The position numbers were made by a program, and so were the translations under genes. Below, piece by piece: positions 10,267-23,106 of a stretch of DNA of 64,000 nucleotides. Source of the stretch: Bispira polyomma (taxonomy: Eukaryota); NCBI GenBank assembly GCA_965649765.1, contig OZ287760.1, forward strand, positions 17,298,001 to 17,362,000, written 5' to 3'. The first letter of the stretch is position 1. Every line of letters starts with the position of its first letter. The notes under the pieces were generated by a model, which ran no database searches, was not told the DNA's origin, and saw only the letters and a list, made by a program, of their open reading frames with translations.

Positions 10267-13018
10267 TTCTTAATCACAGCAGGAGCACAAGTAAATCATC
10301 TAATACAAACAAATTCTTGAATAATATTTGTGCTGACATGTGCAGACAGACAGAAAGTGGTCTTAGACAGCACTTTTTCAGGACTTGAAGCTTCTATTCC
10401 TTATAATACATAGAGAGAACAAAACTTCTCCCTATACTCTCTATAGTACTTCCAATGTCCATAGATTGATAGCATGCTTTTGCTACACATGTGTCTATAG
10501 CAGGTCTCATTGACAATGCAGACACTAGTCATATTTCTTCTTTTGAAGATTAAATCAAGGCCCATGCACCAGATTTTCTATTAATCTGTATTCTTTAAAA
10601 ACCAGCATCTCGAACAGTTGTGAACCACAGATAGATGATACAGTTTGTCCTCTAAGCTCCTCATACCTCCTCCCCGTCTTGTGATCTATAGCATGGTGCC
10701 AATAATGACAGGGACATATGAACTCAAAGTAGCATCACAATTGTATCAAAGGGTTACTAATCAATGCTATTTAACAATAGGGAATTTGTAAGTGATTAAG
10801 GTGGAAGAACAGTCTCTATTGTCGATAAGTGAAAGCCTTCATCTGTAATTGATTAGGTTAGGGTGTGTTTTATTTTTTTGCTGTTACATCCTTCTTAAGA
10901 ATGTTTAAGTAAAACTGAAAAAAATGACTATTGACTGAGCGAGTACAATTTCTTGCAGGACATTTTTTCATTGACTTAATCAAGGCGTTTGCTGTCTTGA
11001 GACCCAAAACTTAAATAATCAAGACAACCATTATTTAAGAAGTGGATGTGTTATCATATACAGAATTTTAATGGTTGCATATTACCAATGAGGCAAAACT
11101 TTAGACTCTATCGTTTGATACACATATAATAGTATGTTTCAGAGCAATTAAAATTTGAAACAATAGGTTCTTTTCTTAAAATAGCCATGTAGGAGCTACT
11201 TGATTAAACTTGGAAGGAAAACCTCAAATTCCAGGAGAGCTAATTATAGAATAGATAGCTGTAGAACACCCAAAACAGAAACAAACACTGTCCAAATCTA
11301 AAACAAATGTGCTCATACGTCAGCACTTCATGTGTACATCCAGGTTATGTATGTACCTCATGTGGACGTGAAATATTCCTGTCTGTCTACATACTGATTG
11401 TTGTTGATTTTTTTGGCCTACCAACAAACACAAGATGTGAGCTGACAGTCATAATTAGGCCCTTATGAATTGATCGGTCGTGTTAATGACTCGTCTGCAC
11501 ATGTGATGAGAAAATGTCATAAAAAAGGAAGAAAAATAACTTTAACCACCCCCAAAAAAACCTGTGCTTATACCCGGGGATGATTCTGCAGCACATCTTT
11601 GTCATCTGTCATACTTCTTGGAAACTGTACAACAATGGGGGAGACCTCTCTTTAATATGACAGATATGGTGTATTTAGTTGGTGTTGACATTGTCCACAT
11701 CAAAGAAACTACACTGATATTTATCATCATCTTCAGGCAACAAGGCCAGCCAGTGTGCAGAAACTTAGCAGCCTCAGACTCAAGCTTAGATCACACTAGT
11801 CAATACTTTCCAGAAAATACATAGAAAGGTACACAAACAGGGGTTTATGTGAATGCAAATGGGACATCAAATAGAGTTATGTTTTTGTTTATTTAACAAG
11901 GTGTTTCACAGTTTCATTGGATTTGCATGCTCATTCCATCAACATAAGTCATGAAACTGATATGCGAGTTTGAGGTGGTTTTTGTAGCCTGACAGCTATA
12001 ATGCTGCTCACACACAGACACAGTTGTCACTGCCAAACTGTTCAAAGTGACAGTGAAACATTAACTAGGAACATGACAGTGAATGTAAACAAAAGAGACA
12101 CCAAAGAGGCTTTAACCTGTGTCAAGTTATATTCGACTGCACAGAACTAATACCATCAATGATTTGAATGAATGCTCTCTCCAAACACACACAGCAGAGT
12201 CTATATAATATGTATTGGTGGTTGTAACAAACACAAAGTGTTTATAGGCATTATTTTTTTTGTTATATACACATTGAAATAGTCAAACAGAATGATTGCT
12301 ACAGACACATTGTTTGCAAAGACTTAATGCTCTAAATTCAAGATACTGTAAATTACTGTCCCACACTTTTTTGCTTGTTTTCCCCAGTTAGTTACCATTT
12401 AATAGTTACTTATATAGGTTGGAAGGGTTTATGCACATAAGACGATATTGTTTGAGTCCCCATCTGTTGTTCTTACTAGTGTAAGTAGACCATGAAAGCC
12501 TCACATATTTTAGACTCACTCAATCAACAAAGGTGATAACAACCCTTAAAGCACCACACAATTCATTTCACTGCATTATAGTCAGTTTGTACATGGCTGA
12601 CTGCTTTATCTTGACAGTTTCCTTATAAAATATGGGTACATATAGCTTATATTTGATCCACAAAGTGAACCTTTGTAAACTTGAGTTAACTCTTCTAAAT
12701 TCTGGAAGAAAGGTCTATTTTATAACTTGGAAGATTTACATATTCAGGCATTTATGTATGCAAAAACAAAACCTACCGAAACAATGTTGTCACTTAAGTA
12801 TACATGCTCAAAAGTTATAAAAAATACAAATTTATATTTGTTTGAAATAACAAGAACCCAAATTTCAATAAGCTGCAATTAAAACCTGGAAAATGTAACA
12901 TTTCATGTGAAAAACAAAATAGTTCTGTTGTTTATGTTAAATAATAATAGTGAACTGTTCAAATATTGAGAGCAGTTAGAAAATCATCTGTGTAAGGCGA
13001 ATGTCCCTAAAGCCCTAA

Positions 13019-13357
<339 letters not shown>

Positions 13358-14212
13358 TAGTGTAATTTTGCAACCTCAAGCAATCTTTCTACTACAGCCA
13401 TATTCTGCAACAGAAACTGTCATGTCCAAACTCTACTCATCCATTCACTTAAAACACTTCATGCGACATATTCTTAAATACATTCCGGGCTAGACGGAAC
13501 AAAAAAATGGTTGAAATCTAGTCAAAACACCAATCATTTAAACAAAACAAGGAGTCTGAGTTCGGTCTGACAATTTTTGAACAGAGGATTGGCATTAGTT
13601 TATATGTACGTGTACACTTACGTACGTGCTATGTATTCTGATGTATAACTACATGTGTTTTGTTTTATATTTAAAATACAGGTATTCTGTATTTCCATGT
13701 CCCCTGTTAGACAGTTGTCAAGACCCTCTTGTGATGTTAGTTAGGTGGCATTGCATCATCTTCTATACACAAAGTATTATATTAGTAGATATATTATATG
13801 GAGCACACTCAGAAGAGGCTCTCAAATGCTATAGCTGTTGTCTATACACATAAGACACTTAAACGTTTTCTTTATGTTGTCACTGTAAATTAACAAAATT
13901 TAAACCAAAAAACCACAAAGAGCTTTAAGTTGGGTATATTTTATTGTCAAATTGATGGTTAGTGTGTTAGCATAGATGACCATTTGGATGACTGTACAAA
14001 CAAGTATTTAAGCACGTCTGAACAGTGTGAAACCTTTTTTTTCCTTACAGTTGATCAGCATAATTAAAGTTGTGGCTTAAACATGCCTAAGTGGAACATT
14101 GATTCACATATTGCATTCATTAAAAACATTGTACTTACTCAGTCTGTAATTATGTTGCCCTCCAAACGTTCCAAATCTAACTGGTATTCTTCTTCTGTCT
14201 AGCAGTATGGTA

Positions 14213-14545
14213 ATGGTCCATTCATATTGCAACAAATCCTTATTTATCAAAGAATTCGGCAATATATACGAAACCGAATTTGATACATTTACAGTACATA
14301 CACAGCCGAAACATTCGGCCGAATCTTGCGCACACATAGCACTTTTCCTTATATTTAGATGGTGCTGTTTTATTTCCGTTTGCTTTTATTTATCTCCCTC
14401 AATAATTCGTGTGAAAATTAGAAAAGCGATTTGTGCAACTTTTAATCCCTACCGAATTTTTAGATCATTATCCTAATTTGTTGCAGTGTGAATATTCATG
14501 GTAATTTATAAGAACCAACGATACGTTGCAATGTGAATGGGCCAT
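14213..14545. mobile_element. MITE (non-autonomous DNA transposon) in putative 3' UTR
   Basis: 21-bp TIRs ATGGTCCATTCATATTGCAAC / GTTGCAATGTGAATGGGCCAT (2 mismatches), plus an internal subterminal copy at 14476-14492. Confidence 0.7.
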
Positions 14546-17065
14546 AAGTGTAAAGCAATTTACTTGGCAGTGCACTCCCTACATATTGGCCGTTCAGAAT
14601 GCTTCATAAGCATGCAACGTTATTGCCAAGTTATTCTTCAATGATATTAACAGTAAGGCAAAATGGAAATACGTGTAGATACCATTGCAACATGCATGCT
14701 CTGAAATGAAAATACACATTATCATGTAGTTTTTACCCTTGTAATTAGGTAATATGAGTTAAATATGGTATATATTCCTGTTTTACAGGATGCCCTAGCA
14801 TGTCAATTGTTTGATTTTGTTGTAAGGATCTGATGCCAGATGTCATGCTGGTAGGATCAGACTGCAGTGGCATGGTTATCTAATGAAATGGTGTATCTCT
14901 GTCTGATAACTGACATCTTGATTTGGCTCTTTTTTGATAGAAACACAGTTCACAATTGGTTTGTTAAAGCCTTTGATTCCTTATGTAATATTGATGACTA
15001 GATCGGCTCTTCCGGTTTGTCCATAAGTATGATTTTAGGACAAACTTGATTGCTGCATCATTTTAGTCTGCACTTGCTGCACAATGGAACAGGTTGAAGT
15101 GTCATATAGTGGGTGTTCTGAAGAGTATACACCTACCATTGTAAATTTTGCAGCTGGTAGGTTTTGCCTTTAGATGGAAATGCACTGAAGACACATGGGT
15201 GGTTAGAAGTGTTTATTGACTGTGTGGCTTTGGATATTTTGTTCATAATGTAAGAGGATTTTATTTTCAAAATAGGCAGTTGTAAGATTCCCTGAAGAGA
15301 TCTGTGTGCATAATAAAGCGGTTTCAACCATTTTTGTATATATATTTGATGGGGTTCCTCTCTGCTAGCTTTTCTTTGGCTAATTTCAAGACAATAAAAC
15401 ACTCGACAAGACTTGTTGCATCCTTTCACACTTCTCATCTTTTGCTGCTATTGATTAATGACTTTGCTTAAAGCTCTCCCTTTAGCTTTCTTTCGGGACG
15501 GTTTGAGTAAGGCTTATCACGCTTCATTGCATCTCTTGGCTGCATATGCACAAGAAACAATTGGTTTTGAATCTTACGTGTTCTTTATGTTCTACACATA
15601 TTATTATAGCTAAGGCAGCCCACGTGCAGCTACACGAATCTCGTGTGAAGAATTTCATCCACATTTTATTTCTGTTTTTTATTACTTTACAATGAAATTA
15701 CTACAGAAAGTATTCAGCTGTTTTAAACAGTAGATCTTGATGTTGTGGATTTCGTGAATGTTATCGTCTGTCTTTGTCCTATGCTCTCTACATATATATG
15801 TAATATGTATAATTATGTTTGTGCATATTTAATACCTGATTGTTCCTTTATTATAGAGTGTATACATATACCATAGTTGTTTGTATGTCGTATGGAGGGT
15901 AAAATAGTATCAAAGGAAGTAGGAAAGGGCAGAACTTTGAAATTTTCTATAAACAATAAATGCAACCCGGTGAATACATCTGAAGTCAGTGTAACTGTCC
16001 AGCATTCAATGCTGATTTCAATTGTTTGCTCTAAACCTGCCCAGCATTGTACACAGGATTGTATTGATGTTGTGAGAAACTCTGTAGTTTAGGATTTTAA
16101 CTGTTCACTGGTATTGAATTAACCAAAGATTTTTTCTAGTTTGTTTTGCAATTAGGTACTCTATATGGTCTCGGTGGAATAATTATTGTAATGTAAATTA
16201 ATTGTTGTTTTGGCGTTGCTCTCACCAAATGCAATCAATGTCAAATCACGAGCTCTTCCCAGAATGTGGATTTTATAAAGGTGTAGTATACTGCAGATTG
16301 CAGGTATATATCATCTTTCAGATCACAAGTAACGTTTTGTCCTGTGAGAATGTAAAGTGTAAAGATACTAGTAATATCTGAAAACAGGAACTTTTTGGGT
16401 GCATAGATCTAAGTTATTTAATTTATTTAAGTTACAAATTGTTAGCTCTCAATTCAGCATCCATACCATTAGATATTTGCCCACATTATTCAACATTCAA
16501 GTTACTTTGACTTTTTGAACAATTTGCTTGTCCACAATTTGTCAATTTAAAGAGGTTTTGAATGCTAGATGTTTATCCGTTTATCCAGATGTTTATTCCA
16601 GTGCAGATTACACTGTGGATATGTCTCTACTGACAGGTATATTTATAAATGCATTGCTTAAGGCCTGGTCTTATTTAGACGTACGTACGCAGTTGTCACA
16701 TTTCCGACATAAATTGTCACTTTTAATAAAACCTGCCATAAATGGTAGTAAGTCCAGATCAAAATATTTTTAGCAGTGTTACGATTCATCATTTACCAAG
16801 ACGTTGCTGAAAATGTTTAGCAGGGCTACTTTTCAGCACAGATTCCCACAGGTTGGCGTTACGTATCAGTGAGACCCAGGTATCAGATAGTGTTTGCAAT
16901 ATATTGGTCATGTTCACCAAATTGTTTCTGTATTAATATACTTTGAGCTTACACTTAACATGCCTTTATTCTAGATAGAACTGAAGTTTATTACATTTAG
17001 AAATTGTTTGTTTTGGTGTTGCAAACTTCTGCATTTTCTTTGATGGTCAAGTAATATATATTAAT

Positions 17066-17077
17066 CTACCTCAGGGA
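17066..17077 (+). promoter_or_regulatory. Overlapping let-7 (CTACCTCA) and miR-125/lin-4 (CTCAGGGA) 8mer seed sites
   Basis: CTACCTCAGGGA seen directly; complements of let-7 UGAGGUAG and miR-125 UCCCUGAG. Functional only if inside the 3' UTR. Confidence 0.5.
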
Positions 17078-18343
17078 GCATTTTAGAAGTGTCACTTTGC
17101 TTTTAAGTCATAACTTTAAGACTAGAAAAAATAATAAATCCATTAAAATTCATTTTTCTGCAGGCAATTAATACTGCCATAGAGGCTTTAACAATGTTCA
17201 TTAAAGATTATTAGCTCAATTTGAATTAAAAGTAAAGTAGCTCTTCTTTATGTATCCATAGTTATAGGTGTTTATAGCAACAAACTATATTTATTCATGT
17301 TGATAACTAATAACTGGTGTATATATTACAAAGTTGTTTTATAGGTAGGCTTAGAAAATTAGCTGACAGACTTTAATTTTGAGACAAATAGCTACTGTAA
17401 TACATGTGTGGTGAAACATCAAAGAAGTATTCCTAGGTGCTACCAACTCAATGGTAAAACCTTATATGGAAACTATTTTATAATAATATTACACATATAG
17501 TAAGCCTGAAGGTCATCCTGCATGTCACATAACACGTACAGTTATAGCGGTAGTAATCAGAAGTTTGATTACCATATGTACACGTATAATACTACACATG
17601 CAATCATAATGTTATATCAATCATGATATTGAAGTATAAAATAGCATCAGCATGGAGTTGACATACCATATACTTTCATTGGTTTGGTAATTATTTATCT
17701 TTTACTGTCAATTATTGCAAATTGAGTCTCAACTCTAGTTAGACATGTATAGTGTGTAACCAAAAATTTGCCCAAAATCTAAAATTCACAAGCCATTGGT
17801 GTCATGAAGTTATAAATATCCAACCAAAAATAGATGGTCATAGAATGGTGAATTTTAGATAGGTGAAAATATTAGATTTTGTGTGAAACAAATATTAATT
17901 TATTGTCTTTATCTTGCAGAATACCTCAGATATTAACTGTTGTAGCAAAAGCGTTATTTATTTGTCCATTTGTTATTTGTGCACGGATAGCAAAGTTCAT
18001 CTGAAAGTACTAAATGTTTTGTTATGTATGTGACTAGAATTCGGTGTTACAGTTTGTAGCTATATTTAGATATTTATAAATCCAGTTCTAGTTGTTTATC
18101 TGAAATGGGCTGGTATCCACAAAGATCGCTGTCCCCAGCTGTTGGCTTGTGAAACTACACTAGTGCCTGAAGTTGGCCAAGTTAATGTACAATGTTGTTT
18201 GAAATCATATTTATATGGTATAAGTATTCATTCCTTACTTGGGCAAGGGGATGCCCTTCTATTTTGAATGTGTTTTCCCTGTTCTAGGGCTTATCCTTGA
18301 TATATTAATGCCAGTGTGTGGCGGTGTGGTTTTAAAACAGCAT

Positions 18344-18717
18344 TAGTTGACGTTTCCATGCGGAAAATTTTCTGAGGCGATGAGCCGACAGCAATTGTAT
18401 CAGTTTCATTGAGTTAAAACCAAGCTTTTTCCTGTTAGCAATGCTAATATGCAAAGGGCAATGCAAGGCAAGTTTTTTTGCTATCAGGAGCATCGCATGT
18501 AAACATTGCTGGTTCTTTATTAATAACTAAAGGTAAAAATTGAAAATTATTAATTTTTAGTTGGGTTTATTGTACTTTTCGGTTGAGAAATGGCTAAAAT
18601 ATTTAGGTTTCAAAACAGGTATCCATTTTTAAAATAATTCTATGGAAACGTAAAAATTGCCAATTGCCCGTCCGACGTCGGCTGGTCGTTAATTGCAGAC
18701 ATGAAAACTTTCACTTA
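18344..18717. mobile_element. MITE family M1, copy 1
   Basis: Imperfect TIRs (AGTTGACGTTTCCATG / CATGAAAACTTTCACTT). The interior matches the reverse complement of 61192-61854 (e.g. TTCTGAGGCGAT and TTGTATCAGTTTCAT). Confidence 0.75.
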
Positions 18718-20277
18718 CTTTCATGAATACCAGACAGCCTTACTCCAGTATAATATACAACCTAATTCCTCTGCATTTAGTTTTGCAGTTTCAAGTCCAC
18801 AAAATGCATTAAAGATATAGTTGCTTTGATTAAGGTAAATCAACATACTATTTCTAAATACCAGGTTGGATATGTGATTCAGTGATACAATATATAACAT
18901 GTGGTATATTTAAGTGCAATTTGCTAGTTCTCTAGACTCTGTGTTTTTGTTTTTTTTTTTCATTAAGGTTAGAACCATTTTCTAGTCTTGTCTGAATTCC
19001 ATTTTGCTATATGTTGGGGCCATGTGAAAGTGCTCAAGCTCAACTCAGGAGAGCTTCCAAAATTTATAAATAAATCAAGGGCCCTGTGTGCAATTTGTTC
19101 AATCTGGTCAGTGTGTGAATTGAGCGTGGGAACTTTCAGTTCAGATGGTTGGTTGGTCAGTGGCGTATAGCCATTGCTGTAGAATTTTGGTGTATTTTCT
19201 TTGTTTACATGTATTGGGTAAAGTACAGGTATGTTCTGAAAGCTAGAAATGCTGTCGAGCTTCCTGTTCTAGTGCAACATAGGAAAGGTTTCTGGTAGTT
19301 TTCAACGGAAGTATTGCTGCTACTTAAATGATATGAATTTGCCATACTTTGCAAATGAACCGTATAAGTACTCCGAAATATAAGCCAGTTTTCCCTATTT
19401 ACTGTACAGTGACCGGTGCTTATTTAATGATTCCCTCACTTTAAATGCACCTTACACTGTTAATATCAGCTTCTAATTCTACATGTGCTAATCTGATAGA
19501 ATGACCATCTTATCTTTAATTCAGTATAAAATATTGAAAATTTTTAATGGCTTCCTAGAAATACTTTGAAAATGTTTTACTCTTTGCTTGCTTTACATCT
19601 TTTGTTTGTGGGACTACTTCTAGATTTCACTTCCAAGTCTGTGGTTATGGAAATTGTTTCTCTATTTGATAAGTGAATGACTACATGCATTGGTATACAT
19701 GTTGGTTGTTTTGAGCCTATTTTGGTGTAGTACAGTGTAAACATAACACAGAATCACTGAAGGCGCCAAGGCTCAAAAAAGTAACATTCTACATTACAAA
19801 TGATAATTTTTGTGTTAAAATTTTTTTTTTGTGATATTACCTAAATCGCACTTTGTAGTAAACTCCAAAAGTTAAATTGAGCCCATGTCTGTAAACACTT
19901 TCAAACTTGGGCCTTGGTAAGATTTCTATGAAGCAGTTATTTTTGGTTCTTGTCTCAGGTTCAGTTTTCTTAACACCAAACGTTAACCAGAACTACATTG
20001 GCATTTTCTCTTCTTTTAAATGGCTATGGGTCATTTCAGGATGAATTCTCACTTGTGTATATATTATATAAAATCATATTTTGTTACTCTTCCTATATAT
20101 TCATATGTAGCCATAACAATCTTATTGTAGTGTGTAAGTGGTTTTGTATATCTTTGTGCCATAAAGACAATCTCTTATTCTTAATATTTATGTGAAGTCA
20201 TTGTTTCTTTCTTCATTACAAAATGTGATTATGTTTTCAATGTTGCTGTATATTATTTCAGAACTTCACTTTGTTGA

Positions 20278-20283
20278 AATAAA
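20278..20283 (+). terminator. Candidate distal polyadenylation signal
   Basis: AATAAA with upstream TGTA motifs and downstream gtatatacatgttgtag...tttttatttttg. Confidence 0.4.
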
Positions 20284-20416
20284 GTATATACATGTTGTAG
20301 AAGCAGCTTTTTTATTTTTGCGCAAGAAACCATGGTACATTTAATATTACTCTTCTTTTATAAATGTGTTCCTATTGGATGTTTCGCATTAATATACTTT
20401 ACATTATAAGCTCCAG

Positions 20417-20625
20417 ACAAGCTTGGAGAAAGCTTTTTAACCTTTTCAACCTTGCCTACCCACCTTAAGTTTCCTCCTGTACGCCCTCCCCCCCCCCACC
20501 ACATCTTTCCTTATGACCTTGCAATGCCAATGGACTTTACGATTGGATCAATGATTTTGCTGTTGCGCTTTATAAAAGATCAATAACGCACGTTAAATCA
20601 ATAACGCACGTTAAAAATTTATAAC
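20417..20625 (+). mobile_element. 5'-truncated L2-like LINE 3' end with 12-bp target-site duplication
   Basis: TATAAGCTCCAG flanks it at 20405-20416 and 20626-20637. The body resembles 45960-46130, 53660-53838 and the reverse complement of 60070-60320. Internal tandem duplication of ATCAATAACGCACGTTAA. Confidence 0.7.
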
Positions 20626-22786
20626 TATAAGCTCCAGGAAAAAATTTTTTTTTACATCCTCACTTTTAATATAATTTGTGATATTGTAAGGGCCCAATTT
20701 CACTGGTTGACGAAACTGGTAATACTGAAAAGTACCAACGGCTACTAACAACAAGCAAACTGTTCCACATGAAGGAAGCAGTAGGTGGTGAAATGCTGGA
20801 GATATTAAAACAGACACTGACAACCACTGGACTATCAATATACCCAAATATATGTTCCACCGTATATTGCAAGTCAAAACCTTGCACAACCATACATTTC
20901 TTTGGTGGTGCATATTATATGGTCAATGCAATCAGATTCGCAACCTACTGCGGTTAAGTTTGTTCATTATTTCATAGACATAGTTCCGGAAATTGGAATG
21001 CAATTGTCACTGGTCTGTTCTTTTGGAAATGATTTGACATGGTCAACTAAATTATTATGACCTGTAGAATGCATCTCATACATATCCTCCAAAGCCCTAT
21101 ACATAAATCAAAACTATGAAGACTATATATGTCAAATAGCACCTTACTTTTTTCCCTTGAAACCTAAGCTTGGACATTAGATATACTCTCATCAGAGAGC
21201 AAATAGCTTCATTCACAGAAGTTAAAACTAAGTATGTCTAGTTAGCACAGCTGCAGCTGTCCTGACAGGCACAATACGCTCTGTAATGCTATATATATAT
21301 ATATATATATATATATTTCTTTTTTTAAAACTTCGATATATTACGCCATGACGGGTCATGTTGACGTGTGATAGAACTACATATTAGAATTACACATGTT
21401 GGCTGGCATATGTAGCTTCACTTTAACTGGTAATTTCTAGACCTCATCTGTGTTAGGTTTACGGTATATGCATAACACCTCTAATTGAATTCTCAACAGA
21501 AATTAAAGTTTAAATGCCAGTACAGGTTTCAGGCAAAAATGATCTGAAATTAAAATGGAAAAAAAACACCTAAGCATGTTTTAAAGGATATTACATAGTC
21601 AATGCATCTAGTATGTATCGGATACAATACACTACTTTCATCTACAAGGCTCCTAGAATAACCCCAGAATAGTTTTTTACCTCAACCTATTTCAAAGGAT
21701 ATCATTACATACTTAATGTTTGTAATATCAGTCGTTTGTGGGATAAAAATTCCCAGGGTACACCACTTCCATCTTTAAAGATTCCAGAAAAGAATAGTAA
21801 AATAACTTGGGAACATTTACACGTGATCTATGCTAATACCGTAGTAAGATATAGCATGATATGCCTGGAACAGAATAAAACAACTGTATATTTCATACTT
21901 CGTTAAACTGTAATTATTGTCAAGTGGAGGTGGTCCAGATGCCAAGTAATTTTTTCCTTATAAACCAGCTGCAGGTAGATAGGTCGTGTTCTGAGTTCTC
22001 CACTTGACAATTGCTTGTGTCAAAATGAAAGTTCAATATATGTTTTCTTCTGTTATTAACAACAAAATAACAATGTTCACAAAAATATATATAAAAGTAC
22101 AAGTTCTTTCTTGGTGGTGCCTCTGGTTAAATTCTCTAAAAACTGAGTTACATCACTCTCACAAGTTGATATTGGTATGATCTAAACTGGCTAAAAAAAC
22201 CTCATTAAATGTGTTTACCTAACTCTAGAATGCATGCCCTGACTGGAATCATACAGAAAAGACTAATTACATGGTTATAGCAAAATAAGTAAAATGGCCT
22301 AATATAGAAGTTACATGATCAGGAATTTAGTAACTTAGTAAATGTTGATGCATTGCTTGGTCATGTGATTAAAATATTGCCTAATATTGTATTGCAAAGG
22401 TCAAGTGATTTCGTGAGTAGTAAACATATTAATAGTCAAGTGACGAGGACAAAAGAATTGTTGATGGTCATGTGACCAGTTATCTGATAATATTTGAATA
22501 ACATTGCCTTTTATGGGGTATCATAGGGTGACCTGCATAGAATTATGGGTAATATAGTTTTTGATAGCTTAAGGGGTCACATGATTACATATTTTACTTA
22601 ACCTAGGCGTAAAATGGGGAAGGCTTTTGTACTACATTTCTAATGCCCCTGTTTCACTGTCAAGATTGATCTGGAGCATCCCCGATTTTGACGATCTTGG
22701 TGGCACCCTGCTGAATCCTCTGGACCACCTACCGTGACAGGAAATACTTAAAATATTTTTAAATGCCCCCCCCCCCCCCCCCCCCC

Positions 22787-23106
22787 GGTTAGAGTGTCAC
22801 ATGTTGGATTTGAGTGATTTCAGACCCCCGGTTCGATCCCCACAGCTGCTGGAGATTGTAACCTTGGACAAGGTGCTTCACACAAAGTTGTCCGTCTCTA
22901 CCCAGGTGTATAAATGGGTACCTGGCACCTAAAAGTGTTTGTATTTGTATGCTGCATGTGGCAGCACAGCTGGTATGCTTCCTGAGGGAGCTGAGACAGA
23001 ACAATTGGTTGACAAGTAAAAGAACCTAGACTGACAGTGTAAACTGTAAAGTCGACTGAGACCTCAATAGAGGTGATATCAGACTATAAACCTACACACA
23101 TTTACA
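22787..23106 (+). mobile_element. tRNA-derived CORE-like SINE, copy 1 (5' end replaced by poly-C run)
   Basis: B-box GGTTCGATCCC; CORE-like CCTTGGACAAGGTGCTT...CCCAGGTGTATAAATGGGTACC; close homologue of 61257-61601. Confidence 0.85.

Larger units (their letters stand above)
13358..20310 (+). other. Lox4: Putative extended 3' UTR of Lox4
   Basis: Continuous T/TG-rich sense-strand sequence after the stop. AATAAA at 15312, ~15955, ~16725 and 20278; the last is followed by GT/T-rich downstream sequence. The true end needs transcript data. Confidence 0.4.
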
